Source: Malacoraja senta (taxonomy: Eukaryota). Taken from it: a stretch of DNA of 64,000 nt. Below, piece after piece: positions 49,151 to 61,200 of this stretch (positions are counted from its first letter, which is position 1; each line of letters begins with the position of its first letter). Below the pieces are notes generated by a model. It saw only the letters and a program-made list of their open reading frames with translations, searched no databases and was not told where the DNA came from. The DNA lies in NCBI GenBank assembly GCA_038087875.1, contig JAXLNO010000254.1, forward strand, positions 1-64,000, in the 5' to 3' direction. Both the position numbers and the translations under genes were made by a program.

Positions 49151-49309
49151 AAGCTACTTCAGTAGATGGACCAAAGGACACTGCATTGAGTAACAGTGAA
49201 CATCACAGCCAACTGCCCCCTCCACCAGCTGAACACAAAGATACTTTCTTGATTAGTTGGGGTGTCAGGGATTATGGGGAGAAGGCAGGAGAATGGGGTT
49301 AGGATTGAG

Positions 49310-52300
49310 ACATACATACATAGATACATAGAAAATAGGTGCAGGAGTAGGCCATTCGGCCCTTCGAGCCTGCACCGCCATTCAATATGATCATGGCTGA
49401 TCATCCAACTCAGTATCCCGTACCTGCCTTCTCTCCATACCCCCTGATTCCCTTAGCCACATCTAACTCCCTCTTAAATATAGCCAATGAACTGGCCTCA
49501 ACTACCCCCTGTGGCAGAGAGTTCCAGAGATTCACCACTCTCTGTGTGAAAAAGTTTTTCCTCATCTCGGTCTTAAAGGATTTCCCCCTTATCCTCAAGC
49601 TGTGACCCCTTGTCCTGGACTTCCCCAACATCGGGAACAATCTTCCTGAATCTAGCCTGTCCAACCCCATAAGAATTTTGTACGTTTCTATAAGATCCCC
49701 TCTCAATTTCCTAAATTCTAGCGAGTATAAGCCAAGTCTATCCAGTCTTTCTTCATATGAAAGTCCTGACATCCCAGGAATCAGTCTGGTGAACCTTCTC
49801 TGCACTCCCTCTATGGCTATAATGTCCTTCCTCAGATTTGGAGACAAAAACTGTACGCAATACACCAGGTGTGGTCTCACCAAGACCCTGTACAACTGCA
49901 GTAGAACCTCCCTGCTCCTATACTCAAATCCTCTTGCTATGAAAGCCAACATACCATTCGCTTTCTTCACTGCCTGCTGCACCTGCATGCCTACTTTCAA
50001 TGACTGGTGTACCATGACACCCAGGTCTCGCTGCATCTCCCCATTTCCTAATCGGCCACCATTTAGATAATAGTCTGCCTTCCCGTTTTTGCCACCAAAG
50101 TGGATAACCTCACATTTATCCACATTATACTGCATCTGCCAAACATTTGCCCACTCACCCAGCCTATCCAAGTCACCTTGCAGTCTCCTAGCATCCTCCT
50201 CACAGCTAACACTGCCTTAGTGTCATCCGCAAACTTCAAGATGTTGCTTTCAATTCCCTCATCCAGTTCATTAATGTAAATTGTAAATAGCTGGGGTCCC
50301 AGCACTGAGCCTTGCGGTACCCCACTAGTCACTGCCTGCTATTGTGAAAAGGACCCGTTTACTCCTACTCCTTGCTTCCTGTTTGCCAGCCAGTTCTCTA
50401 TCCACATCAATACTGAACCCCCAATACCATGTGATTTAAGTTTGTATCCTAATCTCTTATGTGGTACCTTGTCGAAAGCCTTCTGAAAGTCCAGATACAA
50501 CACAGTCACTGGTTCTCCCCAATCCACTCTACTAGTTACATCCTCGAAAAATTCTATAAGATTTGTCAGACACGATTTACCTTTCGTAAATCCATGCTGA
50601 CTTTGTCCAATGATTTCACCACTTTCCCAATGTGCTGCTATCCCATCTTTAATAACTGACTCTAGCAGTTTCCCCACTACCGATGTTAGACTAACTGGTC
50701 TGTAATTCCCCGTTTTCTCTCTCCCTCCCTTCTTAAAAAGTGGGGTTACGTTTGCTACCCTCCAATCCTCAGGAACTACTCCAGAATCTAATGAGTTTTG
50801 AAAAATTATCACTAATGCATCCACTATTTCTGGAGCTACTTCCTTAAGTACTCTGGGATGCAGCCTATCTGGCCCTGGTGATTTATCGGCCTTTAATCCA
50901 TTCAATTTACCCAACACCACTTCCCGACTAACCTGGATTTCACTCAGTTCCTCCATCTCCTTTGACCCGCGGCCCCCTGCTATTTCCGGCAGATTATTTA
51001 TGTCTTCCTTAGTGAAGACGGAACCAAAGTAGTTATTCAATTGGTCCGCCATATCCTTGTTCCCCATGATCAATTTACCTGTTTATGACTGCAAGGGACC
51101 TACATTTGTTTTAACTAATCTCTTTCTCTTTACATATCTATAAAAACTTTTGTAGTCAGTTTTTATGTTCCCTGCCAGTTTCCTTCCATAATCTATTTTC
51201 CCTTTCCTAATTAAGCCCTTTGTCCTCCTCTGCTGGTCTCTGAATTTCTCCCAGTCCTCTGGTATGCTGCTATTTCTGGCTAATTTGTACGCATCATCTT
51301 TTGCTTTGATACTATCCCTGATTTCCCTTGTTATCCACGGATGCACTACCTTCCCTGATTTATTATTTTGCCAAACAGGGATGAACAATTTTTGTAGTTC
51401 ATCCATGCAGTCTTTAAATGCCTTCCATTGCATATCCACCATCAACCCTTTTAGAACTAATTGCCAGTCAATCTTGGCCAATTCACGTCTCATACCCTCA
51501 AAGTTACCTTTCTTTAAGTTCAGAACCGTTGTGTCTGAATTAACAATGTCACTCTCCATCCTAATGAAGAACTCAACCATATTATGGTCACTCTTGCCCA
51601 AGGGGGCACGCACAACAAGACTGCTAACTAACCCTTCCTCATTACTCAATACCCAGTCTAGAATAGCCTGCTCTCTCGTTGGTTCCTCTACATGTTGGTT
51701 TAGATAACTATCCCGCATACATTCCAAGAAATCCTCTTCCTCAGCACCCCTGCCAATTTGATTCACCCAATCTATATGTAGATTGAAGTCACCCATTATA
51801 ACTGTTTTGCCTTTGTTGCACGCATTTCTAATTTCCTGTTTGATGCCATCCCCAACTTCACTACTACTGCTAGGTGGCCTGTACACAACACCCACCAGCG
51901 TTTTCTGCCCCTTAGTGTTTCGCAGCTCTACCCATACCGATTCCACATCCTCCAAGCTAATGTCCTTCCTTTCCACTGCGTTAATCTCCTCTCTAACCAG
52001 CAACGCTACCCACCTCCTTTTCCTTTCTCTCTATCCCTCCTGAATATTGAATATCCCTGGATGATCAGCTCCCAGCCTTGGTCACCCTGGAGCCATGTCT
52101 CCGTGATCCCAACTATATCATAATCATTAATTGCTATCTGCACGTTCAACTCATCCACCTTATTACGAATGCTCCTTGCATTGAGACACAAAGCCTTCAG
52201 GCTTGTTTTTACAACGCTCATACCGCTTATACAATTATGTTGAAAAGTGGCCCTTTTTGATTTTTGCCCTGGATTTGTCTGCCTGCCACTTTTACTTTTC

Positions 52301-52661
52301 ACCTTGCTACCTATTGCTTCCACCCGCATTTTACACCCCTCTGTTTCTCTGCTCACCCATTTGACAACCCCACCACCTCTTATTCTCTGTTTATTATTGT
52401 TTTCTTCTTTCCCCCCATGTTGGGTCTGAGTGCTTTCCTTCTCTGCCTCCTGCCTCACACACTGTCTAATAGCATTCTCTATTTGAGTCCCTCCCCCCAA
52501 CCATTCTAGTTTAAAGTCTCCCTAGTAGCCTTTGCAGATCTCCCCGCCAGGATATCGGTCCCCCTCAGGTTCAAGTGCAACCCATCCTTTTTGTACAGGT
52601 CGAACCTTCCACAAAAGAGGTCCCAATGATCCATAAATTTGAATCCCTGCCTTCTCCACCA
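49310..52661 (-). mobile_element. CR1/HER1 LINE, near-complete ORF2 (APE endonuclease + RT) and 3' UTR
   Basis: ORFs 52006..52500 (LNARSIRNK, ITETW), 51083..52003 (YRPP, GDFN, SDH), 50339..51073 and 49410..50171. A few stops and frameshifts; the tail ends in (TCTATG/TATG)n. Confidence 0.95.
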
Positions 52662-53144
52662 GATAGATCAGCCATGATTGAATGGTGGAGTAGAAATTAT
52701 TTAATCATTCTTCTATGAACATCTATCTGTTGATTTTCCTCTTTTGAAGTTCCCTCCTACAGGGGGGAAGGATGAACCGTCCTGAACGGTTAATTTACGT
52801 GCATGTGTACCGGCATCTTACATGCATGGGCGCTGGCTTCTTACACGCAATTCCAGGAACGTCACGGGTGTGCGCCTACATGGAAGATTAGGAACGCCGT
52901 CCATTCAGAGGACCGAGACGCGGGACACCATTTGTTAAGCTGCAGCCATTTTACGTAAGTTAGGCTGATGTACCATGTTGGAAGTTAGATAGTAAATAAC
53001 TGTTTTAATTAGTTACTCCGTTGTTATTGTTCCGGGCAATACATAACAGTAATGACGAAAGTAAGATTATTGCACCATGAGCTGAAGATAGTTAGGTCCA
53101 ACTGTTGATGGAACTCAGCTGGGAGCCCAGAATTTGTTTCGTTT

Positions 53145-53425
53145 TTTTAGTTTAGAGATACAGTACAGAAACTGGCCTTTCGGCCCTGCGAGTCCTCACC
53201 GACCAGCGATCCCCACACATTAACACTATCCTACACACTCAAGACAATTTACCTGTATACCTGTACATCTTTGGAGTGTGGGAGGAAACTGAAGATCTCG
53301 GAGAAAACCCACGCAGTCACAGGGAGAATGTCCAAACTCCGTACAGACAGCACCTGTAGTCGGGATCGAACCCGGGTCTCCAGCGCTGCAAGAACTGAAA
53401 GGCAACAATTCTACTGCACCGTGCT
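53145..53425 (-). mobile_element. tRNA-derived V-domain SINE
   Basis: B box GGTTCGATCCC on minus, V-domain and (CTAAA)n tail. Further decayed copies lie at about 31125-31430, 32765-33010, 33290-33525, 34500-34806 and 56373-56703. Confidence 0.85.
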
Positions 53426-53724
53426 CAGTATAATTTCAGTTGATTTCAGGTTTAAACGGAGCTCAATCATTTTGGAAGGACTAAGGAACATAAATACAAC
53501 ACGTACAAAGGAACATAATGGAAGGAAGGGGAGGAATTCTTACCTTAAGTGTTTGATCACTCCAGGAATGGTGTCAGTGAACCTTTTACACCATATAATT
53601 GTTTAAAAAGCAGAAGAGATAAACTAGAGTTGCAGGCCAATTATTTTAACTTGCGTGGTTGGAAAATTGTTGGAATTAATTGTCCTAGTACTATTTCGTG
53701 GTTTAGAAGGAAAAGTTGCAAGAG

Positions 53725-54215
53725 AGTGCAAATGCTGGAATCATTTTGTATTAAAGGAGACCGCAGAGGACAATAAAGTTCACTTTCCAGAAGAAGTGAT
53801 AACCACTTTGAAGAATAATTTCTATGTGGATGACTGCTTAAAATCCATGTCTACTGAGCAGGAAGCAATTCAAATGGTAATACATCTAACTTCCCTCTGC
53901 AATAAGGGAGGATTCACGCTTTCCAAGTGGATCACCAACAGTCATGTTGTATTGAAAAACATTCCACCAGATGGAGACCAGAGAATTGGATTTGGACAAA
54001 GACAATTTGCCAATGGAAATAGCATTGGGACAGCACTGGTGCATTGAAACAGATGTGTTCAAGATCGCTGAACAGATGTGTTCAAGATGTGTTCAGCAGA
54101 CCGCTTCTTAAGCAATAAGAGATGCATCAATGGACCAGAGTTTCTCTGTAAGCCAAACAGAGAATGGCCAAAACTTGAGCTGGGATTTAAAATCTCTGCT
54201 AATGATCCGGAGATT
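53725..54215 (+). mobile_element. BEL/Pao LTR retrotransposon pol fragment
   Basis: LKNNFYVDDCLKS...GGFTLSKWITNS, then ALG.HW...D and a W/GPEFL...EWP-like motif after a deletion. Confidence 0.8.
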
Positions 54216-56204
54216 ATACAAAACTATCTTCAGTCTGCAGCTCAACATTCAATTTAATTATACTGTATTATCGCACGTACCCATGTACAGTGAAATTCTT
54301 TGTTTTTGATTACATTGCACAAATTACGCAAAGTGTCGCCACGTGTCTGGTGTCAGAAAAGTTACAAAAATAATCATTAGGGTCCCGATGGACACACTTT
54401 GTTCTCGGCCACCCCGTCCCCAGGTCTCGCCTTGTCCACAGCGGCCTACCCCTTGCCGGGTCCCTCATTGTTCTCGGTGGACCCCTTCGCCGGGTCGCTC
54501 CTTGTTCATGGAGTCTCCCCCCAGCACGGAGATCCTCTTTAGTACCGGCACCTCCCCTTTCATCCCCCCCCATCCCCACTCTGTTCTTGGCGGTTTCTCC
54601 CCCTCATACGGTTCGCCAGCGAACCATCCATCTCCTCTCCAGTCCACCAGTTTTTCTGCCACGGGGGTTCTCCTCCCAGACAACCTTGAAGACGCGAGAT
54701 GTTAGACCCCTCTCCCCCTCCTTCGACCGACGTTATCCAGCGTCTGCTGGTCCGACTCTCTCCTCCTTCCGGTCCCCTGTTTTCGGGGGTCGAGTGGGAG
54801 ACGAGCCTCGGGGCCCACTGCAGGCCGGTCCCCTGTCCGTTGCTCTGGTGGCTCGGGGTCAGGCCTTGGGGGCAGCTTCTCTCAGCAGCTCGTGGCCTGT
54901 CGGGGCCTCTGGCCAGGTCCCCGGTTCTGCAGGTCCCGCGGACCCTCAGCATGGCTTCTGCCGCGCGGCTCCCTTGGGCCCCAACATAAGCAAGAGTGTA
55001 CAATTGTGATTCTCCATGTGAAACTGGCCATTAATGGAAGTCGTGATTATGTGGTGGGCCTAGCTCACCATTCTGGCTTGGGTAATAAAATTGGTAAGGA
55101 ACAAAGCTTTGGATGCTACACAGCCACTCTGTGTTTGACCCGAGATGGCTGATTTATCCGTATTTGGAATGACACACTTGTTTAATCAATATCAAAGCCT
55201 AATTTGCGCACTCATACATTTGAAATAATGCGCTCAAATTTTCTCTACCCACCATGTCGAGAAAATGTCCATCTGCCTTATCAGGGGAGACTAATGCTAA
55301 AAAAGACTCAAAAAGCTCAAAAGACAGTTGAGATTAGATATGCTCCCTACTCGCACTCTCCTCCCGAGAGGCTAACCAGGTGTCCAAATGGATGTTGTGA
55401 TGCGTCTAGCATAGTTACATGCTAGCGTTGCAGTGTGGTAGGACAGTGCTAGTGATTGTGAGTGCTTGTGTTAGTGTTTGCCAGTGCAGTACCTTCTCCA
55501 CCACCACTGGTGAAGAATGTGACTCGCCACCACTAGCTCACAGCAATGTGAGGAGAGCCGGGTGCGCCAGTCTCTCTCTGCCGGTACAAAGCCTCTCCAA
55601 CAGCACGCCTCCTGTGGTGTCTCCCCGTGGCGGCACACGGAAACCGAGCACCGTGCTGACTCAGGCTGAACTACAGAGGACTCAGAAGAGGTCCGGGCAC
55701 CAGACACGCGGCACGCAGGCCCACCGGGTGGTGGACACACCCGGGTGCCCGTGAACCAGATCCCCAGCTATGGGTAAATAGTCCCACTGCCTTGTGGGAG
55801 CTTTTGGTGAAGCCAATGATAAGGGAATAAACCCAGACAGAAAATGTGGAGTGGAGCCCCAATAGGAGGATTGATATCTCATTTTTGGCATTCTTCCAGC
55901 AGCTCCTGCAGCCAACCTGGTGCCATACGACGTGCCTGGCACTCCTTTGGATCCCACCAGTTAGGTCGTGGGGGCTGACATTTGGAAAACCCAAGGTTTC
56001 CATCTTTTCCCCAGGCCTGCGCCCTGGAGAGGAACTTGAGCGCAGGAGGGAGCAGTTACGAGTGATAAGCCCGACTCGATCCCATTGCGGCAAAGACCAT
56101 CTCTCGATAATTGGGCTGGTCAGCCACAGCAGGCATTGCCAACGCATGCAACGACCCTGGAGACCTCACCATGGAGCAGAAACATGGTCTTTCAAGACTG
56201 AGAG

Positions 56205-56950
56205 CGGCCAATGAAAGATGTGATCAACCACCTTCAGAGAGGAATGTGTGTATTAGATGTTGGCTGCATGCTTGATTTAAGTGAGAGCACTGTTCATAGC
56301 ATTCAACACAACGTTGAGAAGATTGAGAAAAGTGCTCAATCAGGACAATCTGCAAGTGCAATGAAAACATCTTTTAGTTTAGTTTCGAGATACATTGCGG
56401 AAACATGCCTTTCGACCCACCGAGTCCACACCGACCAGTGATCCTCACACATTAGCACCTTCCTGCACACACACACACACGAGGGACAATTTACAATTTA
56501 TACTTATTCTAGACAATTAACCTACAAACCTGTACGTCAATGGAGTGTGGGAGGAAACCGAAGATCTTGGAGAAAACCCAAGCGGTCACGGGGAGAACGT
56601 ACAACCTCCAAACAGACAGCACCCTTAGTCAGGATGGAACCCGGGTCCCGGGCGCTGCAAGCGCTGTAAGGCAGGAAATCTACCGCTGCGCCACCATACT
56701 GCCCTCTAATGCTCGGAGTTTTACAATGGAACACATGGATGTGGTTCGAAGATCAAAATCAGTGCAACATGTTCCTAGCCCGGGCAAAAACCTGCACAAT
56801 CTATGAACAATAACAAAACGATGCAGAAGGCCTAGTGAAGCCATTCAATGCAAGTTCCGGTTGGTTCGCTAACTTCAGGCAAAGATACGGTTATCACTAT
56901 ATAAAGATGAATGGGGAGACTGCATCTGCCGACGCCATGTCTGCCGAGTG
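56205..56950 (+). mobile_element. Tigger/pogo transposase N-terminal fragment, split by a SINE
   Basis: HTH: KDVINHLQRG...LDLSESTVHSI. CENP-B-type: FNASSGWFANFRQRYG...GETASAD. Confidence 0.75.
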
Positions 56951-56962
56951 GTTCATCTAGAT

Positions 56963-58180
56963 CAGGGTGTCAAACTACCTGCCCGCGATGATTTGGGGGA
57001 AAAAAAGTATATTCACGACCATTTATTATGTATCTGTAAGGCAGCCGTTCTCTCTCTCTCGCCGCTCTCTGTCTCGACGCTTTCTCTCCCACCGTTGTCT
57101 GTGCCGCCTGCTATGCCAGCAGCTTGTTAGGTGTACTTAGAAAACAATAGGCGGCAGTTAACCATCCGCTGTGCAGAAGCACCTCCCACTCTGCACTGAA
57201 GACCACTAGAGCCCCACATGTCATCAGACCCAGTTTAAACACAAGTAGTACTCAGGTACGTAACACCAGTAGCAAGGCTGAGACTGTTTGCTGCTGTGGT
57301 TCAAAATACTTTCCAAGAAGAGGAAAGTTGACATCGAAGGTCAGATATTCAACGATAATTGGAAAGATATGTTTTTCTTCTGTGGGGTCAACCTATGTGT
57401 CTGATATGATCGCAACAAGTGGCTGTGACAAAAGAGCACAATATCAAACACTATCAGACGTCACATGGAGAAAAATATGACAAGTACGCAGGACGACACA
57501 TAAAGCAAAAGGTAAACGAGCTTGAATCAGCTCTGAAACTTCACCAAAAGTCAAGAGACTCATGATGGAGCTGTCAAGGCCAGCAATATTATTGCCAACA
57601 AAATAGCTGCTGCGTCAAAGCCACACACAGAGGGGGAATTCATCAAAGCATGCATGCTGACGGCGGCTCAGCTGGTGTGCCCTGAGAAGAGACAGGCTTT
57701 TGGTAATATCAGCTTATCAAGAAATACTGTGGCAGAGAGAATCGGGGACCTTGCAGGAGATTTGAACTAATCAACTAAAAGACAAACTGAAGTCATTTAT
57801 TGACTTCACTATTGTAATTGATGAGAACACCGACGTGATATTTATTTGTGGTGTTGCTACATCTTTGACCCTCACTGAGGAGTTTGTGGAGATGGTGCCC
57901 ATGACAAACACCACAACAGTTGACTGCAGTCACACTGTCAGTGTGGCAACAGGTGGCGCACCGTCCATGTCGGGCAAAAGTCAGGTGTTGTTGTGAAACT
58001 CAGAGAGAAAGTTCAGACAGCGAATCCAGAGCAGGAATTCTGGAATTGTCATTGTATTATACACCAAGAGGCGTATTGTAGCAGGAGCCTGAAAATGGAC
58101 AATGTCATGGATGTAGTGCTCAAAACGGTTAATTTATTCGAGCCTAGGGACTCAACCATAGGCAATTTGACACTCTTTTG
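56963..58180 (+). mobile_element. hAT (Charlie/SPIN/GTF2IRD2-like) transposon, left end and decayed transposase
   Basis: Left TIR CAGGGTGTCAAACT. Peptides SKKRKVD, SKPHTEGEFIKACM, ISLSRNTVAERI, IDENTD, GAPSM and HCIIHQE. Confidence 0.85.
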
Positions 58181-58248
58181 TAATGAATATTGTGATTCAT
58201 TCATTTTCTGACTATTCTATTATTGTAAATGTGATCACTTCAATACAA

Positions 58249-61200
58249 ATTTTACTTTGGAGTCACGTGAGTGACTACGTGAAGAAGCCCCGTCCAGCCG
58301 CACACGCGTCATTATCGATCAGACGCATAGCGTTCATGACCGTGTGTGGAGGAGCAGGAGCTTCTCCAGCCGGTGAGTAAAACAAAAGTAAAACAAAAGT
58401 CGGAAGGTAAGTGCGTTACTTTTCACTTACAGGAGCGTTTCCTTCCCGTTTAGACTTGTTGGTGGAGCTCCACACAAGTTTATTATAGAGAAATGGGAAG
58501 GAGAGGCCAGGGACGCACCGTAGTAAAACCCCAGATCCTAAGGGTAGCGGGCGTCAGTCAGGGGAGTCAGTGGCAGCGAAGCCATTAGCTCCCGTTGTGG
58601 TCGAATGTGCGTTAAACCGCCGCGGCCGGGCGCAAGGCTGAGAAAAAAGAAAAAAAAAATCGGCCCGACCTGTAGACTCGGATGAGTCAGACCCGGAGGT
58701 ATGCCCTCCTCAGGCAGGAAAGAGTATTACACTGCAAGGGTCAAAAACGTTTTAACTCATTATGGGGCAGATGATTTGTAAAGAACCCCCACAGGAGGAT
58801 TTAAGTCGGTGTTGGCCAATGAAGTATAGCACAGGAGGTGCCTTGGAACAGGCACAAGGGTGGCCTACAGGAGAGCCATCAGTGCCTGTGCAGAAACATT
58901 AAAGAGGTTGGCCTACAGGAGAGCCAGTGCCCAAAAATGCCAGAAAAAAGGCAAGTTATGTGTTGGCCTATTGGAGAGCCAGTACTAGAAATGCCTGAAC
59001 TAAAGGCAGCACAAACGTGCAATGATAAATGTGCCAGCACCGACAAATATAAAGAGTAAAAATAATGAAGCGTTGGCCTAGAATTGAGCCAGCGCCAGCA
59101 GCACCTGAAGCAGGGCTGCCTGTCCGTGGGCCTACAAGAGAGCCCGCGCAGGGGGAATCTGGCAGAGACTTACCTGAAACAGGGGAGCCAGAAATTACCC
59201 AACATAAAAATGAATATCTAGATTTAGATGATGATTTAAATGAGGACCAGAGCCCATTATCAGAGCCAAAAATGTTCCAAGGCTGGCACAAAACTTTGCT
59301 GTTTCCAGAGTAACAGGGGAACCTTTGAGAGAGGAAATAGCTATGACTATAAATTATCTACTCTCCCATCAGCCCAGGAATTAACCATGGATGAGACTAT
59401 CAAAAAATATGAGACCCGGGAAATTGTAGCAGTTACAGCAGTGAATAAACTTGATATGGGTAATTTGAGCAGTGGTTTACGCTCACAAGAATTGAAATTA
59501 CACAAGTGCTGAAATTTCTGGGGTCAGTGGTTTGGATGAAGGTTATATATCGTATTCACAACAAAATGTAGCACTCATGTGTAGTGTGCACTTTGAAATA
59601 AATTGTATTCATAAAAATGCAATAAGACCAAATATTCATCCTAAGTATGCAGGCTCTGCAAACCATGCAATATACAAATGCCTAAATCTGTTTTGGAGAA
59701 AATCTAACAAAGAAACTAAAGGATCACCTATGCTGAGCAGAGCGGTGAGAAGGCAGTATCCCTACAGGCGAAATGTGGTGCTGGAGAAGGAACAATCCTA
59801 TCATTCTCGTATACATGTTGACGTGCTGCACCGAGGATACGTGGAGGTTACAATGTGCCTACCAGAAGGGGACAACAACTGCTGCTGGCAAACCCCGAGG
59901 TTAGGGGGCTTGGTCTGGTAAGAAACACAACAAATGTTTCACACTCACAAATAGGGGGAAGGTTACGATTCTTCCTAAAAGAATGGCAATCAATAACAAA
60001 TGATTCATTTATTCTATGCAGCATTGTAGGATTCAAAATTGAGTTCTCTCCACGTTTGGATCCTCCAATTCAGCATAATTCAAACTGGTCACGGATTTTC
60101 TCAAAGGAAGAGAATGGGTTGATCAAAGGAGAATTGAAAAATGTTATGCAGAAAAGGATGATATAAATGTCAGGAGAACAACACCATCAGTTTGTGTCAA
60201 ATATTCTCCTAGGAATATTCTCCTAGAAAAGGGATGGTGGATATAGAATCATTTCCGATCTGACAAATCTTAACCTTTATGTACAATAGAAACATTTCAA
60301 AATGGAAACATTTACTAATGCCATTTAGCTAGTCACAAAGAATTGCTACAAGGCAAGCATAGATCTGCAAAATGCATATTATTCTGTGGCAATGCATGGT
60401 AATGATCAAAGATATTTGAAATTTAGATGAATGAGTCAGTTATGGCAATTTAAAGCATTGCCCAATGGTCTGATTTCAGCACCAAGATTATTCACTAAAT
60501 TGCTCAAACCAATTTTAGCTCTGTTAAGAGATGAGCGCCATGTATTAATGGCTTATTTAGATGATATCCTCATTGTAGGGGACACTTTGGCTGCTGCAAA
60601 ATTGTCAGTATCCAGTCAAATACATTTGAGAAATTAGGTTTCATTATGCACCTACAAAAATCTAAATTATTACCAAGCAAAAAGATTGATTACCTAGGGT
60701 TCACAATTAACTCCGAACACATGGTAATCACTTTGCCAAAAGATAAAAAGCTGCAGTTAATTGAAGGTTGCATAAAACTCATTAACGAGGACACACCTTC
60801 AATTAGAGAAGTGGCAAGCTTGCTAGGAAAATTAATTGCAGGGTTTCCAGCTGTCATGTTTGGACCATTGCATTATCAATGTTTACAGAGAGCTAAGGTA
60901 CAAGCGTTAAAAATGAATAGAGGGCATTTTGATAGGCCCATGAAATTAACAATTCAATCCATTACAGAAATAGAATGGTGGATTAACAATGTTTCTAATG
61001 CTTCCAGAAAAGTTCTGGTAGAAACACCTTCCGTTACTCTACAGACTGATGTAAGTGTGCTGAGTTGGGGCGCTACTAACATGATTTCCAGCTGTGGAGG
61101 TAGGTGGAATGTGAATGAAGTACCTTTGCTGGAAAATCTGGGAATCAATTACCTAGAGCTATTAGGCACATTTTACGGCCTTAGAGCTTATTGCACTGAT

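Noticed and set aside
52728..53060. Possible solo LTR (TG...AACA followed by a decayed PBS-like GTAATGACGA)
   Set aside because: No second LTR or TSD is visible, so it cannot be supported without a library search.
54310..56200. Several GC-rich ORFs of 70-160 aa on both strands
   Set aside because: No recognisable motifs or convincing splice structure; probably unclassified repeats.
57310..58180. Host GTF2IRD2/ZBED-type domesticated gene
   Set aside because: Many stops and deletions plus a hAT TIR indicate a dead transposon.
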